A stretch of DNA of 64,000 nt from Sulfitobacter sp. (GTDB taxonomy: Bacteria; Pseudomonadota; Alphaproteobacteria; Rhodobacterales; Rhodobacteraceae), in NCBI GenBank assembly GCA_029252045.1, contig JAQXCD010000004.1, positions 5,675 to 69,674 on the forward strand, read 5' to 3'. Shown piece after piece: positions 31,664-43,146 of the stretch (positions are counted from its first letter, which is position 1; each line of letters opens with the position of its first letter). Position numbers and translations under genes: made by a program. The notes under the pieces were generated by a model. It was not told the origin of the DNA, searched no databases, and was given only the letters and a program-made list of their open reading frames with translations.

Positions 31664-34436
31664 TCAGCCTTCTTTTTTCGCAGCCGGTTTCTTGGCGGCG
31701 GCTTTCTTGGCCGGCGCTTTCTTTTTTGCGGCGGGCTTCTTGGCTGCTGCCTTCTTTGGGGCTGCCTTTTTCTTGGCAGCAGGCTTTTTCTTGCCAGACT
31801 TTTCAGCGCGCTCATCAATCAGATGCACGGCTTGGGCCAAAGTGATCTCTTCCGGATCGACCGTGTCGGGAATCGTCGCGTTGATTTTTTCCCACTTCAC
31901 ATAGGGGCCGTATTTGCCCTTCATCACATTCACAGGGCCACCTGCTTCCGGGTGTTCGCCCAATTCACGCAAGGGTGCTGCGGCCACTCCGCGTGCGCCG
32001 CGTGACGCGACTTTTTCGGCCAGCAGCTGCACTGCGCGGTTCATGCCGACGGTAAACACCTCGTCAATGCCTTCGAGGTTGGCATTTGTGCCGCCCCGAT
32101 CAGAGGTGCTGGGCGCATGTTTGAGGTAGGGACCAAAGCGGCCGATGTTGGCCCAGACCATGATACCATCCTCGGGGTGGGGCCCGATTTCACGCGGCAG
32201 CGACAGCAACATCAAGGCACGTTCCAACTCCAGCTCTTCGGGTTCCCAATCTTTGGGGATCGACTGGCGTGGTGGCTTTTTGTTCTCTTCCGTGACTTCG
32301 CCGCGCTGGACATAGGGGCCAAAGCGGCCTTTGAACACGCGAATATCGTCGCCATCGTCTTTGCCCAACAGCTTGCCTTCCGGCGGGATGGCAGAGGCTT
32401 CGGCCTCGGGATTTGGCGGGCCGAAGGGGCGGGTATAGCGACACTCGGGGTAGGCCGAGCAGCCGATGAAGGCGCCGCCGGAACGGGCCGTACGCATGCT
32501 CAGACGGCCTACGCCGCAGTTCGGGCACAGGCGCGGATCGGTCCCTTCCTCATTCGCGGGAAAGAGGTGGGGCGCCAGAACATCGTTGATTTTCTCAAGC
32601 ACTTCGGTGATCCGCAGCTCGGATGTCTCTGCAATTGCGGCAGAGAAGTCGCGCCAGAACCGGTCGAGCACTTTCTTATACTCGGCATCACCTGCGCTGA
32701 CCTTGTCCAGCTGGTCTTCCAGATCGGCGGTGAAATCATAGCCGATGTAGCGCTTGAAGTAGTTTTCAAGGAAAGCTGTGACCAGACGGCCCTTGTCTTC
32801 GGGGATCAGGCGCTGGCCCTCGCGGCGCACATAGCCACGGTCCTGAATGGTGGTCACAATGCTGGCGTAGGTCGACGGACGGCCGATGCCGAGCTCTTCC
32901 ATACGCTTTACCAATGTTGCTTCGGTGTAGCGCGGGGGCGGCTGTGTAAAGTGCTGGCCACCCAGAACGGCGTCTTTTTCAGCCAGCAAAGCGCCTGATT
33001 TGCGCTGCATGCCGCGCGCACCTTTGTCGCCTGCGTCGATCAGCTCCTCATCCGTGAGGCCTGCGGCCTTGCCGAATTCCTCGCTATAGCGCGCTGCAGC
33101 GGATTTCTTCAGCGCATCGCCTTCGGCGATCTGCGGTAGACGCTTTTCATCGTCGTCGGCCACATCATCGCGGCCTTCTTCATAAACCTTGAGGAACCCG
33201 TCAAACAACACAACCTGACCTGTGGCGCGCAAGACAACCTGTTTGTCGGCGGAGGAGACATCAACAGTTGTCCGCTCCAGACGTGCACTCTCCATCTGGC
33301 AAGCCAGCGTACGTTTCCAGATCAGATCATAGAGCTTGCGCTGGTCGCCATCCATCAGTTTGAGCGCGTCCGCGTCTTTGGTCATCTCGGTCGGGCGGAT
33401 GCATTCGTGTGCTTCCTGCGCGTTTTTGGCTTTGTTCTTATAGACGCGCGGGGCGGAGGGCACATATTTGTCGCCGTAACGCTCTGTGATGGCATCGCGA
33501 GCCATCTGCACAGCTTCGGGGGCCATATCGATGCCATCTGTCCGCATATAAGTAATGTGACCTGCCTCATACAGGCGCTGTGCGGTGCTCATCGTCTGGC
33601 GCGCACCCATCCCGAACTTGCGGCTGGCCTCTTGTTGCAGTGTCGAGGTCATGAAGGGCGCGGACGGGTTGCGGGAGGCGGGTTTCGCCTCGACGCTGGC
33701 CACTTTGAGATCACGGCTGGAAACAGCCTGCACCGCCATTTCGGCCTTGGTGGCATCCCCCAGATCAAATTTATCCAGCTTTTTGCCGGCAAGTTCTGTC
33801 AGACGGATTTCGAACTCCTGACCCGATGGCGTGGAAACAAGCGCTTTAACGCTCCAGAATTCACGGGGGCGGAAGGCTTCGATCTCGATTTCACGCTCGC
33901 AAATGATACGAAGCGTAACAGATTGCACGCGACCAGCGGATTTGGCACCGGGCAGTTTGCGCCACAGAACCGGCGACAGGTTGAAGCCCACCAGATAGTC
34001 CAGCGCGCGGCGGGCAAGATAGGCTTCGACCAGAGGCATATCTACCTGACGGGGGTTTTTCATGGCTTCGGTCACAGCCGACTTGGTGATCGCATTGAAA
34101 ACCACGCGAGAGACCGGCGTGTCTTTCTTGATCGACTTGCGCAGCGTCAACGCTTCTTGCAGGTGCCAGCTGATCGCCTCGCCCTCGCGGTCGGGGTCGG
34201 TTGCGAGGATCAGTTCATTGTCGAGCTTTAGCGCGTCGGCGATAGCCTTCATGTGCTTTTTGGAGCCGCTGTCGATCTCCCAAAGCATCTCGAAATCGTT
34301 CTCGGTGTCTACCGATCCGTCTTTCGGGGGCAGGTCACGAACGTGACCATAGGACGCGAGGACAGTATAATTGTCACCGAGATATTTGTTGATTGTCTTG
34401 GCCTTGGCGGGAGATTCGACAACGACTACTGGCATG
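31664..34436 (-). CDS. topA: DNA topoisomerase I
   Basis: VVVESPAKAK, DPDREGE, SAGRVQ, ITYMRTD and GIGRPSTY motifs, zinc ribbon and Lys/Ala-rich tail. Confidence 0.97.
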
Positions 34437-34614
34437 TAACAAAGATCCTTCGGGGGAGGTTTAGCGCCGTCTATGGCCTTTGACATGTGGGATGCAAGGG
34501 GTCTTTGTCAATGCAGGGCAGCTGTAACCTGTTACCGAAGCAGGGGGAAATCGCCGGAATATGTTGCTATTTCGCGCCTCGTTGCGTTGTGGAGCACTAT
34601 CAGTGCGCCCGTTT

Positions 34615-35765
34615 CTAAACAGGCCGTGACAACAGCCCGCCCGCGCTGCGGGTCACCTTGCCGTCCATCTCCAGCTCAACCAGCGCGGGGGTTATTTGGG
34701 CCGAAGGAACCTGCAAATCACGGATCAGCTGGTCTTCGGCCACGGGGGAGGGGCCAAGGCGCTGAAGGATGGACAAGTGGAGGCTTGCTGCTTCGCGCAG
34801 GGTGCGGCGCGGTTTTGCTGCGGGCGGTTGCCGCGAAATAGGTTGTGTCGCTGCGGGCGGGGTTTGTTCACTATGTAGCGGGGTCAACGCGTCAATAATG
34901 TCAGCTGCATTGCGGATGAGAGTTGCGCCATCGCGGATCAACATGTTGCCGCCTGCGGCGCGGGCATCAAACGGGTGACCTGGAACGGCCAGTACATCAC
35001 GCCCCTGATCCAGCGCATCGCGGGCGGTGATCAGGCTGCCGGATTTGGCGGCCGCTTCGACCACAACGGTGGCGCGGGCAAGACCCGATATAATGCGGTT
35101 GCGGCGCGGGAAGTGCCGCGCGGTAGGTTGTAGGCCCATGGGTTGTTCGGACAAGCGCAGCCCCTGTTTGGCAATATCGTGCGCAAGCGCTGTATTTTCG
35201 GTCGGATAGATGACGTCAACACCACCAGCCTGCACGGCGATGGTACCAAACGGCAGCGCTGCCAGATGGGCCGCTGCATCAATGCCGCGTGCCAGACAGG
35301 ACACAACGACAAATCCCGCCTCGCCCAGCTCATGTGCCAGCGTGCGGGCCATGCGCGTGCCCAGCGAAGAGGCGTTCCGCGCGCCGACCAGTGCGATCAG
35401 GGGCCGTGCAAGCAACGCCGGATCACCGAGGAGCCAGAGAAACGGTGGCGCATCCTCTAGCTCTGCCAGTGCTGCAGGATAGTCCGAATGTGAGATGTGG
35501 AGCAGTTTCGCACCCTGAGCGTGGGCCGCACGCAATTCAGCGCGCACAACGCCTTCGGGACATACTTCATATCCCGAAACGCCCACGGCGCGCGCCACCT
35601 GAGGCAGCGCGGCCAGCGCGTTTTGCGCAGTGCCGTGTTCAGTCAGCAGTCGTTTATACGTGGCAATGCCGACCCGGCGCGAGTGCAACAAACGGAGACA
35701 GGCGAACTGTTCATCTTCCGGGGTGGGGGGTGAGTGGAAGAAGGAAAGTGGTCCTTGTCAGTCAT
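34615..35765 (-). pseudogene. dprA: DNA-processing protein DprA, 5' frameshift and altered signature motif
   Basis: ATG at 35765 (MTDKDHFPSSTHPP) is out of frame with EDEQFACLRLLHSRRVG. Core motifs VGARNAS, FPRRNRIISG and SGSLITA are present, but the SGLARGID motif reads SCLARGID. Confidence 0.7.
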
Positions 35766-35809
35766 CCCGTGTCTCCGTCTGTTGCTGGAATCAGATATAC
35801 GGCGAACTG

Positions 35810-35825
35810 GTTAATGGGGGGTGAA
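35810..35825 (-). promoter_or_regulatory. Near-consensus CtrA box upstream of dprA
   Basis: The minus strand reads TTCA-N7-TTAAC (one mismatch), about 45 bp upstream of the ATG. Confidence 0.4.
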
Positions 35826-35853
35826 TCAAAATCGGGTAATTCGTTTCAACCGC

Positions 35854-37275
35854 TTATGAAGCCGCCCCGCCAATGGTCAGCCCACCGATCATCAGCGTTG
35901 GTTGGCCGACACCCACGGGCACCCACTGGCCTTGCTTGCCGCAGTTCCCCATGCCGGGATCAAGAGACGGGTCATTGCCGATGGCGCGGATTTGCTTGAG
36001 CGCGGTTGCCCCGTCACCGATCAGTGTGGCGCCTTTGACGGGCGCGCCGACGACACCGTTTTGAACGCGGTAGGCCTCGGTGCAGGAAAACACGAACTTG
36101 CCATTGGTGATGTCCACCTGACCGCCGCCAAATCCAACGGCGTAGATGCCGTCCTTGAGGCCCGCTACAATATCACCGGGAGCCGTATCGCCGCCTAGCA
36201 TATAGGTGTTGGTCATCCGCGGCATCGGAATATGGGCATAGCTTTGACGGCGCCCGTTGCCGGTGCTTTTGACGCCCATCAAGCGGGCATTCTGGCGGTC
36301 CTGCATATAGCCGACCAACATGCCGTCCTCGATCAGGACATTCTTGGCGCTGGGCGTGCCTTCGTCATCCACGCTGATACTGCCACGACGATCATGGATT
36401 GTGCCGTCATCCAGAACAGTGACGCCTTTGGCGGCGATCTGCTGGCCCATCAGTCCTGCGAAAGCAGATGCGCCTTTGCGGTTGAAATCCCCTTCCAGTC
36501 CGTGGCCGATCGCTTCGTGCAGCAAAATTCCGGGCCAGCCGGGGCCGAGGACAACGTCCATAACACCGGCAGGGGCAGGGACCGCCTGCAAATTCACCAA
36601 GGCGATGCGCAGCGCTTCGCGCGCTTTGCCTTGCCAGTCAGCCGCCATCAGCATCCCGTCAAGTGCGATGCGCCCGCCGCCGCCCGCTGTCCCGCTTTCA
36701 CGGCGACCTTCATGCTCTACAATGACAGAGACGTTCACGCGTGTCATCGGGCGGATGTCGCGCACGGATGTCCCTTCGGGGCGCAGGATTTCCACTTCCT
36801 GAATGGAGGCTGAGATGGAGGCGCTGACCTGCACCACACGGGGATCCAAAGTGCGGCAGAAGTCGTCAATCTCGCGCAGCGTCTCGACCTTTACGGCAAA
36901 TGCGGCACCCGCAATCGGGTCTGCATCGGTGTAAAGCTTGCGGTTTGTTCCCTCAGGCGCATCAGCCCATGTGCCGCCGCCGTCGCCGACAGCAAGGCGC
37001 GCGGTTTGTGATGCGCGGCGCAGGGCGGCTTCGGAAATTTCTGTGGAATGGGCGTATCCGGCCACTTCACCGCGCACGGCGCGCAGCCCGAATCCCGTTG
37101 CGGCATCGTAACTTGCGGTCTTGAGGCGCCCGTCATCGAACATCAGTGATTCCGAGCGGCTGCGCTCAAGAAACAACTCCCCGTCGTCGGCACCGGCAAC
37201 CGCGTCGCGGAGCACGCGGAGTGCGGTATCACGGTTTAGAGTGTCATCAAACGGCATGAAAGGGGTATGGGACAT
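35854..37275 (-). CDS. tldD: Metalloprotease TldD
   Basis: LLHEAIGHGLEGDFNRKG, PRMTNTYM, GGGQVD and CGKQGQ motifs. Confidence 0.95.
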   Translation of the reverse strand: MSHTPFMPFDDTLNRDTALRVLRDAVAGADDGELFLERSRSESLMFDDGRLKTASYDAATGFGLRAVRGEVAGYAHSTEISEAALRRASQTARLAVGDGGGTWADAPEGTNRKLYTDADPIAGAAFAVKVETLREIDDFCRTLDPRVVQVSASISASIQEVEILRPEGTSVRDIRPMTRVNVSVIVEHEGRRESGTAGGGGRIALDGMLMAADWQGKAREALRIALVNLQAVPAPAGVMDVVLGPGWPGILLHEAIGHGLEGDFNRKGASAFAGLMGQQIAAKGVTVLDDGTIHDRRGSISVDDEGTPSAKNVLIEDGMLVGYMQDRQNARLMGVKSTGNGRRQSYAHIPMPRMTNTYMLGGDTAPGDIVAGLKDGIYAVGFGGGQVDITNGKFVFSCTEAYRVQNGVVGAPVKGATLIGDGATALKQIRAIGNDPSLDPGMGNCGKQGQWVPVGVGQPTLMIGGLTIGGAAS

Positions 37276-37440
37276 CGGGGGCGTGCTCCTGAGTGCAGGG
37301 AAGGGGCGCTTCGCGTCCTTCTGACGCAAGCATAGGACTTTCTTTCATTCACAGAATATGATTGTAAGGCGCAAGATTACAACGCCGCGGGCGCTTCCGT
37401 GTGCGTTTTGCCACCTAGGGTCAAGAATATCAGGACGAAA

Positions 37441-38340
37441 ATGATGACAAAGCACCTCACACTTGCCGGACTACTGGCTGCCTTCACAAGCGTTCCCGTA
37501 TGGGCGCAAAGCGTTGATCCACAGGGTCTCGAGATCATCGGCGCCCCCGTCGACGGCAAAATGGGCTTCCAGCCCGGCGTGACCCAGCTTGCTACTGATT
37601 TGCAGTGGCTGGACGGAATGATTCTGGTAATCATTGCAATCATCACACTGTTTGTGACCGGTCTGATCCTTTGGGTTGCGTTCCGCTATAACGCCAAGCG
37701 TAACCCGAAGCCTGCGTCCTTTACCCACCACACACCCGTCGAGATTGCGTGGACAATTGTTCCGATCCTGATCCTTGTCGGTATCGGCGCATGGTCCCTT
37801 CCGATTTTGTTCCGCCAGCAGGAAATCCCTGTTGCTGACGTGACAATCAAAGCAACTGGCAACCAGTGGTACTGGACACATGAGTATGTGGACGAAGGTT
37901 TCGGCTTTGACAGCTACATGATCGGTGCGCCGGCGCTGGGTGGCGAAAACATGAAAACACCAGAAGTGATCGCACAGCTTGAAGCCGCCGGTTATTCCGA
38001 AAGCGAATGGCTGCTGGCGACCGACACTGCTGTTGTGGTGCCTGTGAACAAGACTATCGTGGTGCAGGTGACCGGATCTGACGTGATCCACGCTTGGACC
38101 ATTCCCGCCTTCGGTGTGAAGCAGGATGCTGTTCCTGGCCGTCTGGCGCAGCTTTGGTTCAAAGCAGAGAAAGAGGGCGTGTATTTTGGTCAGTGCTCAG
38201 AGCTGTGCGGCATTGCCCACGCTTACATGCCGATCACAGTCAAAGTTGTGTCCGAAGAAGCCTACGCCGAGTGGCTGAGCCGCGCGAAAGAGGAATACGC
38301 AGGTATTCTCCAGCCGCTCACCGTCGCTTCGGCTGATTGA
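37441..38340 (+). CDS. coxB: aa3 cytochrome c oxidase subunit II
   Basis: QWYW, DVIHAW and CuA motif [12 protein letters not shown]. Confidence 0.96.
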   Translation: MMTKHLTLAGLLAAFTSVPVWAQSVDPQGLEIIGAPVDGKMGFQPGVTQLATDLQWLDGMILVIIAIITLFVTGLILWVAFRYNAKRNPKPASFTHHTPVEIAWTIVPILILVGIGAWSLPILFRQQEIPVADVTIKATGNQWYWTHEYVDEGFGFDSYMIGAPALGGENMKTPEVIAQLEAAGYSESEWLLATDTAVVVPVNKTIVVQVTGSDVIHAWTIPAFGVKQDAVPGRLAQLWFKAEKEGVYFGQCSELCGIAHAYMPITVKVVSEEAYAEWLSRAKEEYAGILQPLTVASAD

Positions 38341-38440
38341 TCCTTTCAGGCAGGCTTAGGTCTGCCTGACACACCCGCTCCAGCGCATGACCCTGCGCTG
38401 GAGCGCTGCTATATACGCCTTGCCATGGGATGCCCTGACT

Positions 38441-39379
38441 ATGACTGACGTGACAGATACACAGAGCTTTGAAGCCGAGCCGCAATTGGGTGACTACTAT
38501 GCCCTGTTGAAGCCACGCGTGATGCAACTGGTCGTATTTACAGCGGTTGTTGGCATGCTTGCCGCTCCTGTCGGAGTGAACCCTGTTGTCGGGTTTGCAT
38601 CCATCCTGTTTCTGGCAATTGGCGCGGGTGCATCCGGTGCGCTGAACATGTGGTGGGATGCCGATATTGATGCGGTGATGAAACGCACGGTCAATCGCCC
38701 GATTCCTGCCGGCAAAGTCACTGCGCAATCCGCGATGTATTTCGGCGTTGCCTTGTCCGGTCTGTCCGTAATGATGCTGGCGCTGAGCGCGAACCTGTTG
38801 GCGGGCGCGATGCTGGCCTTTACGATTTTCTTTTACGTTGTGCCCTATACCATGTGGCTCAAACGCTCGACCCCGCAGAACATCGTGATCGGTGGTGCGG
38901 CGGGTGCGTTTCCACCGGTAATTGGCTGGATTATTGCCACGGGTCAGATTGCGGTGCTGGAGCCGTGGCTGATGTTTGCGTTGATCTTCATGTGGACACC
39001 GCCCCATTTCTGGGCGCTGGCGCTGTTCATGCGCAATGACTACGACGATGCGAAGGTGCCGATGCTGACTGTGACCCACGGTCGCCGCGCCACGCGTAAC
39101 CACATCCTCGGCTATACCGTTGTGCTGTTTGTGCTGGCAGTCGGTACAGCCTTCAGCGCGATTGGCGGTTGGGTCTATCTGGCTACAGCGCTGGTGCTGA
39201 ACGTTCTGTTCCTCAAAGGCGCCTATGACATCTGGCAACGCGACGAGGATATGTCCGAAGCTGATAATTTTGCGGTTGAGCGCAAGTTCTTCCGTCTGTC
39301 GCTGTGGTATCTGTTTGCGCATTTTGTCGCGATCCTGATCGAAGCAGCGTTGAAACCTGTAGGGCTGGGAGGCTGGTAA
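38441..39379 (+). CDS. cyoE: Heme o synthase (protoheme IX farnesyltransferase)
   Basis: LLKPRVM, DADIDAVMKRT..RP, LKRSTPQN and WTPPHFWAL motifs. Confidence 0.95.
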   Translation: MTDVTDTQSFEAEPQLGDYYALLKPRVMQLVVFTAVVGMLAAPVGVNPVVGFASILFLAIGAGASGALNMWWDADIDAVMKRTVNRPIPAGKVTAQSAMYFGVALSGLSVMMLALSANLLAGAMLAFTIFFYVVPYTMWLKRSTPQNIVIGGAAGAFPPVIGWIIATGQIAVLEPWLMFALIFMWTPPHFWALALFMRNDYDDAKVPMLTVTHGRRATRNHILGYTVVLFVLAVGTAFSAIGGWVYLATALVLNVLFLKGAYDIWQRDEDMSEADNFAVERKFFRLSLWYLFAHFVAILIEAALKPVGLGGW

Positions 39380-39570
39380 TGGGATTGCGTCCGGAACACG
39401 AAATTCATACGCGCCGTAAAGGGCTCAACATGGGTGTTGGTCTGATGCTTGGTGCATTTGTTATTCTGGTCATGTTGTTGACCTTCACAAAAATCACGTC
39501 GGCTGAATTCCAGATCCCTGCCTCGCAGGCTAATGGCGTAGGCGTACAGACAGGCGGAGGCTCCAACTGA
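39379..39570 (+). CDS. Small membrane protein of the cox assembly cluster
   Basis: HE.H.RRKG.N plus one TM helix; translationally coupled between cyoE and ctaG. Confidence 0.7.
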   Translation: MGLRPEHEIHTRRKGLNMGVGLMLGAFVILVMLLTFTKITSAEFQIPASQANGVGVQTGGGSN

Positions 39571-40145
39571 TGGCGTTGACCGGTCCTCAGAAAACTGTTG
39601 CCCAGACCGTTAGTCTGGTGGTGGTGATGGGCGGCCTCGCTTGGGCGTCTGTGCCGTTTTACGACTGGTTCTGCCGTGTGACAGGCTTTGGCGGCGTGCC
39701 GGGTGTTGCCACCGTCGCCCCTGACGAAATTCTAGAGCAAACAATCAAAGTTCGCTTTGACGGGTCTGTTAACGACCATATGCCATGGGAATTCAAACCC
39801 GTTGTACGCGAGATGGAACTGCGCATTGGCGAAACCGGTCTGGCCTTCTACGAGGCCTACAACCCGACCGACAAACCAATTGCAGGGCAGGCGACCTACA
39901 ACGTGACCCCCTATCAGGCAGGCGCGTTCTTTGAGAAAATCGACTGCTTCTGCTTTGAAGAGCAGGTGCTTGCCCCGGGCGAGCGCGTGCAAATGCCCGT
40001 CAGCTTCTTTGTTGACCCCGAAATTGTAGGCGATCGTGAAGGTCAGTATATACATACCATCACGCTATCTTATACATTCTACCAAATCGATCTGCCCGAA
40101 GGCTATGCAGCCCTTGACGCCGGTCAACCAACTGAACTGAACTAA
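39570..40145 (+). CDS. ctaG: Cytochrome c oxidase assembly protein CtaG/Cox11
   Basis: YDWFCRVTG and KIDCFCF copper motif. Confidence 0.95.
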   Translation: MALTGPQKTVAQTVSLVVVMGGLAWASVPFYDWFCRVTGFGGVPGVATVAPDEILEQTIKVRFDGSVNDHMPWEFKPVVREMELRIGETGLAFYEAYNPTDKPIAGQATYNVTPYQAGAFFEKIDCFCFEEQVLAPGERVQMPVSFFVDPEIVGDREGQYIHTITLSYTFYQIDLPEGYAALDAGQPTELN

Positions 40146-40170
40146 TCACAAGGACGAGGGTACGCGCACC

Positions 40171-40977
40171 ATGGCCCATGCAAAAAATCACGACTACCAC
40201 ATTCTGACCCCCTCCATCTGGCCGCTGCTGAGCGCTCTGTTTGCATTTGTAATGCTCACAGGCGGTGTTCTGTGGATGCATTCTATGACACCGTTCGTCT
40301 TCCTGATCGGCTTTGTGGGCACGCTGTATTGCATGTTCGCATGGTGGGCTGACGTGGTGGAAGAAAGCAAAATCGGCGATCACACCGCAGTGGTCCAGAT
40401 CGGCCTGCGCTATGGCTTTATCCTCTTCATCATGTCCGAAGTGATGTTCTTCGCGGCGTGGTTCTGGAGCTTCTTCAAGCATGCGATCTACCCGATGAAC
40501 GAATACTTCGGCTCAACCTATGTGCCGCCCGTGATTTATCAGGTGGATGCCTTCCACCTGCCGCTGATCAACACGCTGATTCTGTTGCTGTCGGGTTGTG
40601 CTGTGACATGGGCGCACCACGCGCTGGTGCATGGCAACGTGCGCGCCGACCTCAAGAACGGTCTGATTATCGCGGTTGTGCTGGGCCTGCTGTTCACTGG
40701 CCTTCAGGCGTATGAGTACAAGCACCTGCTGCACGAAGGCTGGGTATTTGGCGAAGACAAGTTCTTCTCCAACTTCTTCATGGCTACAGGTTTCCACGGC
40801 TTCCACGTTGTCATCGGTACGATCTTCCTGTTCGTCTGCTGGATGCGTGCCCGCGCGGGTCACTTCACATCCCAGCACCACGTCGGCTTCGAAGCAGCCG
40901 CATGGTACTGGCACTTCGTTGACGTTGTATGGCTGTTCTTGTTCTTCGCCGTCTACATCTGGGGCATCCCGTCCTAA
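40171..40977 (+). CDS. coxC: Cytochrome c oxidase subunit III
   Basis: [18 protein letters not shown] and [10 protein letters not shown] motifs. Confidence 0.96.
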   Translation: MAHAKNHDYHILTPSIWPLLSALFAFVMLTGGVLWMHSMTPFVFLIGFVGTLYCMFAWWADVVEESKIGDHTAVVQIGLRYGFILFIMSEVMFFAAWFWSFFKHAIYPMNEYFGSTYVPPVIYQVDAFHLPLINTLILLLSGCAVTWAHHALVHGNVRADLKNGLIIAVVLGLLFTGLQAYEYKHLLHEGWVFGEDKFFSNFFMATGFHGFHVVIGTIFLFVCWMRARAGHFTSQHHVGFEAAAWYWHFVDVVWLFLFFAVYIWGIPS

Positions 40978-41072
40978 GCACGGGCTTGCACCTTTAGCGA
41001 TACCAGGTAAAACACGCGCGCGGGGCCAATGCCTCGCGCGTTTTTCATTCCAGCCAGACCATGGGGAACCCG

Positions 41073-41753
41073 ATGCGCCGCAGTCTTTTTCTTATTGTCG
41101 TCGGTATCGGCGGGGCGGCTGTTTTGCTGTGGCTGGGTTTTTGGCAGGTGCAGCGGCTGGAGTGGAAACTGGGTGTGATTGCCCAGATTGATGCCCGCAT
41201 TGCAGCAGCGCCGATCCCGTTGCCCGATGTGCTTGATCCGGTGCAGGATTCGTACCTGCCGGTTAAGGTCAGAGGCGTGATAGAGCCTGCCTACCTGCGG
41301 GTGCTGGTCAGCCAGAAAGAAACCGGTGCGGGATATCGCATCATCTCGGCACTTGATATGGGCGGGCGCCGCGTGCTGCTGGACCGTGGATTTGCGCGGG
41401 CAGATCAACCCGATATCTCGGTGCACGAAGGCTCCGAGACGGTGGATGGAAACCTGCAATGGCCGGAAGAAATTGACGGCTTCACCCCCGAGCCTGACCA
41501 CACCGGAAACATCTGGTTTGCCCGTGATGTCGCCGCCATGGCGCAGGCACTGGGCACCGAGCCTATTCTGGTTGTCGCCAAGCAAACCTCGTTTGATGAC
41601 AGCCCTGTGACGCCGCTTCCGGTTGACACGGCTGCCATTACAAACGACCACCTTTCCTACGCTATTACCTGGTTCTCGCTTGCCGCGATCTGGGTGGCGA
41701 TGACACTGGCCTTTATTCTGCGCGCCCGCCGCGCCCCCAAACAGACGAGCTGA
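41073..41753 (+). CDS. SURF1-family protein
   Basis: LGFWQVQRLEWK, DRGF and NDHLSYAITWF motifs. Confidence 0.92.
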   Translation: MRRSLFLIVVGIGGAAVLLWLGFWQVQRLEWKLGVIAQIDARIAAAPIPLPDVLDPVQDSYLPVKVRGVIEPAYLRVLVSQKETGAGYRIISALDMGGRRVLLDRGFARADQPDISVHEGSETVDGNLQWPEEIDGFTPEPDHTGNIWFARDVAAMAQALGTEPILVVAKQTSFDDSPVTPLPVDTAAITNDHLSYAITWFSLAAIWVAMTLAFILRARRAPKQTS

Positions 41754-41757
41754 CCCC

Positions 41758-43146
41758 ATGCGCTATATCTCTACCCGTGGCACTGCGCCGATCCTGACAT
41801 TTGAGGAGGCGATGCTGACAGGCCTTGCCCGTGACGGCGGCCTGTACGTCCCCGAGAGCATTCCGCAGCTGGATCATGCCACGATCAAAGCGATGGCAGG
41901 CCAGTCCTATGAGGAAGTAGCATTTACCGTCATGCGTCCGTTCATCGGTCATACCTTTACCGATGCCGAATTCCGCGATCTGATTGCCAAGGCCTATGCC
42001 GGTTTCGGCCACGCCAGCCGCGCCCCGCTAAAGGAACTGGCCCCGAACCATTTCCTGCTGGAACTTTTTCATGGTCCGACATTGGCGTTCAAAGATTTCG
42101 CCATGCAGCTGATCGGCCAGATGTTCCAGCTGGCACTGGGCCGCAAGGGCGAGCGGGTGACGATTGTGGGTGCCACCTCCGGCGATACCGGATCGGCGGC
42201 AATCGAGGCCTTCCGTGGTCTGGATAATGTGGACGTCGTGATCCTCTATCCTCATGGGCGAGTGTCCGAAGTGCAGCGCCGCCAGATGACGACGCCAGTA
42301 GAAAGCAACGTGCATGCGCTGGCCGTTGACGGTGATTTTGACGATTGCCAAGCCCGCCTCAAGGATATGTTCAACGATTTTGAATTCCGCGATGGTGTCA
42401 AGTTGGCGGGTGTGAACTCGATCAACTGGGGCCGCGTTTTGGCGCAGGTGGTCTATTACTTCACCTCTGCTGTCAGCCTCGGGGCGCCGGACCGCAAGGT
42501 CAGCTTTACAGTTCCTACAGGGAATTTCGGTGACATCTTCGCGGGCTATATCGCCAAACGCATGGGCCTGCCGATTGATCAGCTTGTTGTCGCCACCAAC
42601 CAGAACGACATCCTGCACCGCTGCCTTAGCGGGCAGGGCTATCATAAAGACAAAGTGCATCCTTCGATCAGTCCGTCGATGGATATTCAGGTCTCTTCGA
42701 ATTTCGAGCGCGCGCTGTTTGACGCCTATGACCGTGATGGCAATGCCGTGGCACAGCTGATGGCCGAGTTGGGGCAGGGCGGATTTGACGTCTCCCAAGG
42801 GGCTGCACAGGTGTTGTCGGGTCACTATGCCTCTGGCCGCGCGTCTGAAGAGGAAACATCGCAGACTATTGCCGACACATTGAAAGCCAGCGCCGAGCTG
42901 TTATGCCCGCATTCCGCCACCGGCGTGAAAGTCGCCAATGAAATGTGCGATCCGGCAACGCCAATGATCACACTAGCCACCGCACATCCCGCCAAATTCC
43001 CGGACGCGGTGGAAGCGGCAACCGGTATCCGTCCGCCCTTGCCCCCGCGCATGGCAGACCTCTATGACCGCCCCGAGCGCGTGACCCGTGTGGCCAACGA
43101 TCTCGAAGCACTAAAGACCCAGATTAAAGGACTGATTGCTCAGTGA
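41758..43146 (+). CDS. thrC: Threonine synthase
   Basis: MRYISTRG, FHGPTLAFKD, ATSGDTG, NSINWGR and TAHPAKF motifs. Confidence 0.96.
   Translation: MRYISTRGTAPILTFEEAMLTGLARDGGLYVPESIPQLDHATIKAMAGQSYEEVAFTVMRPFIGHTFTDAEFRDLIAKAYAGFGHASRAPLKELAPNHFLLELFHGPTLAFKDFAMQLIGQMFQLALGRKGERVTIVGATSGDTGSAAIEAFRGLDNVDVVILYPHGRVSEVQRRQMTTPVESNVHALAVDGDFDDCQARLKDMFNDFEFRDGVKLAGVNSINWGRVLAQVVYYFTSAVSLGAPDRKVSFTVPTGNFGDIFAGYIAKRMGLPIDQLVVATNQNDILHRCLSGQGYHKDKVHPSISPSMDIQVSSNFERALFDAYDRDGNAVAQLMAELGQGGFDVSQGAAQVLSGHYASGRASEEETSQTIADTLKASAELLCPHSATGVKVANEMCDPATPMITLATAHPAKFPDAVEAATGIRPPLPPRMADLYDRPERVTRVANDLEALKTQIKGLIAQ

Noticed and set aside
31664-31800. KKPAAKK tandem repeats
   Set aside because: This is the normal Lys/Ala-rich C-terminal tail of alphaproteobacterial TopA.
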